IMG/VR virus record: IMGVR_UViG_3300038701_002087 | Coordinates: 1 to 36,395 of that record | DNA from: a virus | DNA: 36,395 nt | Reading direction: 5' to 3' (one strand) | Part shown: positions 32,137 to 36,395 of the stretch, piece after piece | Layout of the letters: each line of letters opens with the position of its first letter | Numbering within the stretch: position 1 is the first letter of the stretch | Program-made: the position numbers and the translations under genes | The notes under the pieces: model-generated | The model's database searches: none | Told to the model about the DNA's origin: nothing | What the model saw: only the letters and a program-made list of their open reading frames with translations

Positions 32137-33381
32137 ATGTCACTAAACGAAAAACAACAACAAGCATTTGATACAATCAAGGCAGGCCACAACGTATTCC
32201 TGACTGGTCCTGCTGGCACTGGTAAGTCATACCTGATCCACTACCTCAAAAAATACCTCGATGTAGATGTGACTGCATCCACTGGCATTGCTGCGAATCA
32301 CCTTGGTGGTCAAACAGTCTTTAGTTGGGGTGCGTTCTTTCCAATCCCAGCACTAGAGGCATATGGACAAAAAGAAATACCATACATAAGGGAGAGAATA
32401 AAGAAATGCAGTAGACTTATTATTGATGAAATCTCAATGATTGATGCTGAGTTCTTTGATTATATCGATGTTTCTTTGAAGGCTATGCGGCATGACACAC
32501 GGCCATTTGGCGGCTTACAAATTATTGCTGTAGGTGACTTCATGCAGTTGCCACCTGCCAGTAAGAACCCCAAGTATTGTTTTGAATCTAAGGCTTGGGA
32601 TGAAGCTTTATTCGAGCCAGTTAAATTAACTGAAATCAAAAGACAGGAGGATGCAAACATGGCAGCTCTTCTTAATAGGATGCAAATCAACCAAATGAAA
32701 AATGAAGACATCGAACTTTTGAAAGCTAGAAATATTGACACTCCATTTGATGATGATGTAGTACAACTTTTCCCATTAAATAAGTATGCTGATAGTGTAA
32801 ATCACAAAAAACTTTTTGCCCTTCAGGCAGAAGTAAAAAATTACTACGCCCAAAAAGAAGCTGATCCTTTTGCACATCCTAAACAGGCCGAGGTTGGCAT
32901 TAGCAAGTTTATAAAAGACAGCCTTATTGAAGACAGGTTAATTTTAAAAGAGGGTGCTAGAGTAATGATGCTTTCAAACGAATACCTAGAAAGTCAAAGG
33001 GTATCAAATGGAAGCACGGGTGAAGTACTGGCAATGAATGATCATGTAGTCCTTGTTGGGTTTGATAATGGAGTTACTTTAGAAATAGAAAGAAAGACAT
33101 ATGAAGTTAAGATGAAGAACATTAAAACTAGAAAGGAGGTAAAGCTAGGGACGGTAACTCAATTCCCACTCAAGCTTTGTTGGGCCATCACGATTCACAA
33201 GAGTCAAGGCATGAGCCTCGATAGGTTGGCCATAGACTTTAAAGGCATATTCGCCCCCTTCCAAGCTTACGTTGCATTGTCGAGAGCACGTAGTCTTGAT
33301 GGTGTTCAGATTAAAAACTTTGATCCTAAGTATATTAAGATTGATCAAAAGGCAGTAGACTTTATGAATAGTATTAAATAA
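32137..33381 (+). CDS. PIF1 / RecD / Dda-like SF1B helicase.
   Basis: GPAGTGKS (Walker A), LIIDEISMID (Walker B), GDFMQLPP, TIHKSQGMSLD and YVALSRARS. Confidence 0.8.
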   Translation: MSLNEKQQQAFDTIKAGHNVFLTGPAGTGKSYLIHYLKKYLDVDVTASTGIAANHLGGQTVFSWGAFFPIPALEAYGQKEIPYIRERIKKCSRLIIDEISMIDAEFFDYIDVSLKAMRHDTRPFGGLQIIAVGDFMQLPPASKNPKYCFESKAWDEALFEPVKLTEIKRQEDANMAALLNRMQINQMKNEDIELLKARNIDTPFDDDVVQLFPLNKYADSVNHKKLFALQAEVKNYYAQKEADPFAHPKQAEVGISKFIKDSLIEDRLILKEGARVMMLSNEYLESQRVSNGSTGEVLAMNDHVVLVGFDNGVTLEIERKTYEVKMKNIKTRKEVKLGTVTQFPLKLCWAITIHKSQGMSLDRLAIDFKGIFAPFQAYVALSRARSLDGVQIKNFDPKYIKIDQKAVDFMNSIK

Positions 33382-33385
33382 TATC

Positions 33386-33622
33386 ATGTCCAAAGAAACT
33401 AAATACGAAGAACATCAATATGAAGAACGTCAATCTATGCTCATGTGTCCCAAATGTCGGGACGTTAGAATGAATGAACGATGGCTTCGATATCTAAAAC
33501 GTCTAAACAAATACGGAATGACTCCACGCAAAACACCAAAGCCTGAAGCTGTTTGGTGTCCTAAATGCAAACATGTGCTAGGTAGTATTAAACAACCTAA
33601 ACAAGATCAGTCTATCAAATAG
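33386..33622 (+). CDS. Small zinc-ribbon protein.
   Basis: CPKC ... CPKC pairs. Confidence 0.45.
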   Translation: MSKETKYEEHQYEERQSMLMCPKCRDVRMNERWLRYLKRLNKYGMTPRKTPKPEAVWCPKCKHVLGSIKQPKQDQSIK

Positions 33623-33624
33623 TA

Positions 33625-33653
33625 TTGACTTTGGTACAATTATTTGATATACT
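33625..33653 (+). promoter_or_regulatory. Near-consensus sigma70-type promoter: TTGACT, 17-nt spacer, TGaTATACT.
   Basis: TTGACT at 33625-33630, a 17-nt spacer, TATACT at 33648-33653 preceded by TGa. Confidence 0.5.
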
Positions 33654-33772
33654 GAGTTTGTTGAATTGATCAGGGCAAAAAATATTAAACAACGCTACTG
33701 AAATTAATTCTTCACTATTATCTCTCTTGGTTAGCCCTCCTTGCCCTCCATTTTATTTCATAATCCAAAACT

Positions 33773-33967
33773 ATGTCGTACTTTGGAACACATGACAGTG
33801 ATCATTCTAACTTGAACATTGACCCTACAATTAAAAAGAAGGTCGTTCAAGAGGTTAAGAACAGAATGAAAACTGAAAAAAATCTTTGCGAAAGACTTTG
33901 TGACATCGTAAAGAATAAAGTTACAGTTCGTAACTTGAAGGCTGAGGAGCGCAATCGTAAAAAATAA
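33773..33967 (+). CDS. Hypothetical basic protein.
   Basis: 64-aa ORF, preferred over the antisense ORF 33758..34048. Confidence 0.4.
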   Translation: MSYFGTHDSDHSNLNIDPTIKKKVVQEVKNRMKTEKNLCERLCDIVKNKVTVRNLKAEERNRKK

Positions 33968-33981
33968 TTTCTTAACTTTGC

Positions 33982-34380
33982 ATGGAAAAAATTGACCAAT
34001 TAAAAATGGCTGCATTGATGGGATATTCTTGTATGTTAAAAAAGCCAAATAATGAAGAGTTGTTTTTGTTCATAGCCTTTAATAGAAATGGGGCCTATGT
34101 AAGAAATAGACATGGAAAACTCATCCATGAATTAAGAATGGGTCCAAAGCTTGGTGGGTATGAAATAAATCATTTTGTTTATGTCGGAGATTTCTTTTTA
34201 GTTCGTGAGACATCCTCATCAAGGATACCAATAGGGCAAAGATTTATTGATAAAAAAACAGGTGAAATATTTAAAGCTTCAGGAAAAGCAAATCACCCAT
34301 CAAAGGTTTGGCTTCAAGCTAAAAACAAAAAATTTATAGAGTATGATAAGTGTGATGTTGAGCCAGTATTTGAAAGCTAA
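33982..34380 (+). CDS. Hypothetical protein, paralogue of 28641..29021.
   Basis: Shared sequence blocks listed under 28641..29021. Confidence 0.55.
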   Translation: MEKIDQLKMAALMGYSCMLKKPNNEELFLFIAFNRNGAYVRNRHGKLIHELRMGPKLGGYEINHFVYVGDFFLVRETSSSRIPIGQRFIDKKTGEIFKASGKANHPSKVWLQAKNKKFIEYDKCDVEPVFES

Positions 34381-34402
34381 TTAAAAAATAATTAAAACAA
34401 GT

Positions 34403-34615
34403 ATGAAGATCAAAGGATTCTATGGAGATACTTACGATGTTAACTCCTATCAAAAAATTGCAAGCATCGAAATATTAAAATCAGATGGTAGAAAGTTCTA
34501 TATCCCAATCGTAGATATAACAAAGGTAATTGAAGGAGTTAAGCTTCTTGCCAGCAAAGATGAGGCAGACCGATCACTTGAACATTTTAAAAAGATTAAC
34601 CAAATTGAATCATGA
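34403..34615 (+). CDS. Hypothetical protein.
   Basis: 70-aa ORF. Confidence 0.45.
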   Translation: MKIKGFYGDTYDVNSYQKIASIEILKSDGRKFYIPIVDITKVIEGVKLLASKDEADRSLEHFKKINQIES

Positions 34616-34660
34616 TGCAAACACAAGAGCCTGAAATTTTTATGCAGGACCAATAATAAA

Positions 34661-34855
34661 ATGTCTAAGATTACTAATTTAAAATATAATATGAAGTCAC
34701 TAAGGAAACTTATAAAAGAATATGCTAAGATGAATGGTCTTGAAAAAGTACCACCAAAACATATTGAAGAATCATTGGGATTCAGAATATTTGTTTTATC
34801 CTCAAGGACTAATGAGCTTTGGAATGAAATATTAAAGTCGTTAAAATTGAAATGA
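34661..34855 (+). CDS. Hypothetical protein.
   Basis: 64-aa ORF. Its stop overlaps the next start as ATGA. Confidence 0.45.
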   Translation: MSKITNLKYNMKSLRKLIKEYAKMNGLEKVPPKHIEESLGFRIFVLSSRTNELWNEILKSLKLK

Positions 34856-35340
34856 AAAAAAACAGTTGCTCACATCTTCTAAGATACATTTTCCCAGAGA
34901 ACTGTACACATTGTTTAAATTGTCATTTAATTATTAAACCACATATGCCAATGAAAAAAATATTAAAACTAGCTGCATCCCTTGCTAGGATAAGGGAGAA
35001 AGAAAAAGAAATTAAATCTCTACTCGATTCAATAAAAGAAGAGAAGAGAGAAGTGCAAGCAAAGCTTATTGAAGAGATGTCAAAGTTAGGCTTGAAGTCT
35101 TTGAAGACTGATACGCATAACTTCGCACGCATTGTTAAAAAGGACGTTAGTGTCTGCAATGAAAGTGCAGTGATTAGCTCACTCAAAAAAGCTGGCATTA
35201 AGGACGACTATGTACATGAAAAACTAGACGTTCTCGCATTCAAAGGATATGCAAAGGCTCTGTTAAAAAACAAAGGTGAATTGTTAGACGGTACTGACAT
35301 AACTGAAAGTGAGTACATGTCTATCAAATCAGTAAAGTAA
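34852..35340 (+). CDS. Hypothetical coiled-coil protein, loosely like Gp157 / Gam-like phage proteins.
   Basis: N-terminal Cys/His cluster (CTHCLNCH), then a coiled coil, then a KKAG...DVLAFKGYAKAL region. The family assignment is weak. Confidence 0.35.
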   Translation: MKKNSCSHLLRYIFPENCTHCLNCHLIIKPHMPMKKILKLAASLARIREKEKEIKSLLDSIKEEKREVQAKLIEEMSKLGLKSLKTDTHNFARIVKKDVSVCNESAVISSLKKAGIKDDYVHEKLDVLAFKGYAKALLKNKGELLDGTDITESEYMSIKSVK

Positions 35341-35374
35341 ATTTATTTATAACTTATTAATTTAAAAAAACATT

Positions 35375-35656
35375 ATGAAAAATCCTAAATTCACACCGCT
35401 AGCTATTTTAATTCTAGCCATCGTATTTGTAACTGGCTGTACTGCTGAGCCAGTTGAAGTTGTAGAAGACCAGGCTGAAGAGCCTGTGGTTGTTGAGGAG
35501 GAGGAAGTTGAGAAAAAAGATTTAATTCTTCCTGGTGGTTATACAGTAACTCCAGAGTGCCAAGAAATATGTCTTGATAGATGGATGGAAACTGATATGA
35601 ACACAGATTATAATTTTGATGCTTGCTACATCCTTTGCGAAGAAGGAGAGTTATAA
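35375..35656 (+). CDS. Lipoprotein.
   Basis: Signal peptide with lipobox MKNPKFTPLAILILAIVFVTG|C, followed by an acidic linker. Confidence 0.6.
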   Translation: MKNPKFTPLAILILAIVFVTGCTAEPVEVVEDQAEEPVVVEEEEVEKKDLILPGGYTVTPECQEICLDRWMETDMNTDYNFDACYILCEEGEL

Positions 35657-35696
35657 TCTTAAGCCCTCCATTTTACAAACAATAACAATAATAAAA

Positions 35697-35831
35697 ATGG
35701 AATTATCTACAGCTATAATAACTCTTGCTGGTGCTGGTGCAATGTTCGTCTCACTCTCATATACTAAAGATAAGAGTTGGGATAGGGCTACTTACTTCAT
35801 GGTAATAGCAGGAATTATTTGGTCATTATAA
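35697..35831 (+). CDS. 44-aa two-TM membrane peptide.
   Basis: ATG at 35697 (MELSTAIITLAGAGAMFVSL...VIAGIIWSL), in frame with track ORF 35616..35831. Confidence 0.4.
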   Translation: MELSTAIITLAGAGAMFVSLSYTKDKSWDRATYFMVIAGIIWSL

Positions 35832-35840
35832 AAATTGGAA

Positions 35841-35880
35841 TTCAGAACGTGGCCATCCTAGTTGATGGTCACATCCTGAA
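35841..35880 (+). other. Interrupted hairpin upstream of the SSB gene.
   Basis: ttcag/ctgaa plus gtggccatc/gatggtcac (one G-U), with a 3x3 internal loop. Confidence 0.3.
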
Positions 35881-35916
35881 CTTCAGGAAACATTTATTTA
35901 TTAACTCATTAATATC

Positions 35917-36395
35917 ATGAGTGATCAAAAACTTTCTTGGGGAAACATCCAAGAGCAAGCCAGTGAACTTGGCATTTCAAGTGGAGGCAATTATTTTCGT
36001 TTTGAAGATGGCGAAAACATCATCAGGATTTTAAGTCTCCCAGTACATACAGCCCAGTATTTTCTTGGTAAAGGTATTGCACCTGTTTATGAGCAAAATG
36101 CAGATGATAATCTCAAGTCAAATAAAGATGCAAGATTAGTACATCGTTTTGTTTGTTATGTTTACAATGTAAATTTAAAGCGAATTCAAATCGCTGAATT
36201 GGGTTGGTCAATTGTTAAACAAATTGATGAGCTTTCAAAGAGCAGTCAATATGGCTATGATCGAATACCTCCTTATGATTTGATCATCACAAAAACTGGC
36301 TCTGGAATGAATACAGAATATAAAGTTACGCCAGGTCGGGATGACAAACCACTTGATGAAAAACTTACAAAAGAAATTGAAGGAATGAAATCAAT
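35917..36395 (+). CDS. gp32-like ssDNA-binding protein, 5' part. The gene continues across the circular junction into 1..200, about 183 aa in total.
   Basis: ATG at 35917. The frame is in phase with ORF 12..200 once 36269 is mapped to 1. Segments NIIRILS, RFVCYVYNV...WSIVKQIDEL and YDLIITKTGSGMNTEYKV resemble the T4 gp32 OB-fold layout without its zinc finger, and the C-terminus is acidic. This resemblance is from memory only. Confidence 0.5.
   Translation, partial: MSDQKLSWGNIQEQASELGISSGGNYFRFEDGENIIRILSLPVHTAQYFLGKGIAPVYEQNADDNLKSNKDARLVHRFVCYVYNVNLKRIQIAELGWSIVKQIDELSKSSQYGYDRIPPYDLIITKTGSGMNTEYKVTPGRDDKPLDEKLTKEIEGMKS
36269..36395. repeat. Terminal direct repeat, copy 2. Identical to 1..127.
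   Basis: Same comparison. The repeat falls inside one continuous reading frame, which argues for an assembly overlap of a circular or permuted genome. Confidence 0.95.

Noticed and set aside
33758-34048. Minus-strand ORF of 96 aa spanning the 33773..33967 and 33982..34380 gene starts.
   Set aside because: It is antisense to two co-oriented plus-strand genes downstream of a strong plus-strand promoter, and its peptide is low-complexity and hydrophobic.

Overview
The window is a complete, circularly closed tailed-phage genome. Bases 1-127 are identical to 36269-36395, so the unique length is about 36,268 bp. It is AT-rich. The 1348-aa tape measure and the absence of a sheath gene suggest a siphovirus-like phage.

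The genome has two divergent arms that start from a repeat-dense control region at about 25470-26002:
- Minus-strand arm (25481 down to 1889): small and large terminase, portal, Mu F-like head morphogenesis protein, scaffold, major capsid protein, a five-gene fibre-like cluster, head-tail connectors, major tail protein, G/GT chaperones with a -1 frameshift site, tape measure, distal tail and fibre genes, and a lysis cassette.
- Plus-strand arm (26003 through the circular junction to 1583): small early genes, an RNase H-like protein, an SF3 (D5/P4-type) helicase, an orphan CHC2 zinc-finger protein, a PIF1/RecD-like helicase, a lipoprotein, a gp32-like ssDNA-binding protein, a SWIM zinc-finger ORF, a VRR-NUC nuclease and an HTH protein.

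I found no integrase, DNA polymerase, reverse transcriptase, tRNA or CRISPR array.

The items most worth a second look:
1. A GC-rich, ORF-free, highly structured element of about 400 nt at 26942-27437. It is a candidate ncRNA or origin, and sits upstream of a zinc-ribbon gene and an RNase H gene.
2. A translationally coupled 38-aa peptide with nine Cys on a CxxC period (26626-26742).
3. A start-less SWIM ORF that opens exactly at an A9 tract at the end of the SSB gene.
4. Phased iteron families in the divergent control region.
5. An opposite-strand two-gene membrane cassette with its own terminator.

Functional calls rest on motifs I recognise by eye, not on database searches.
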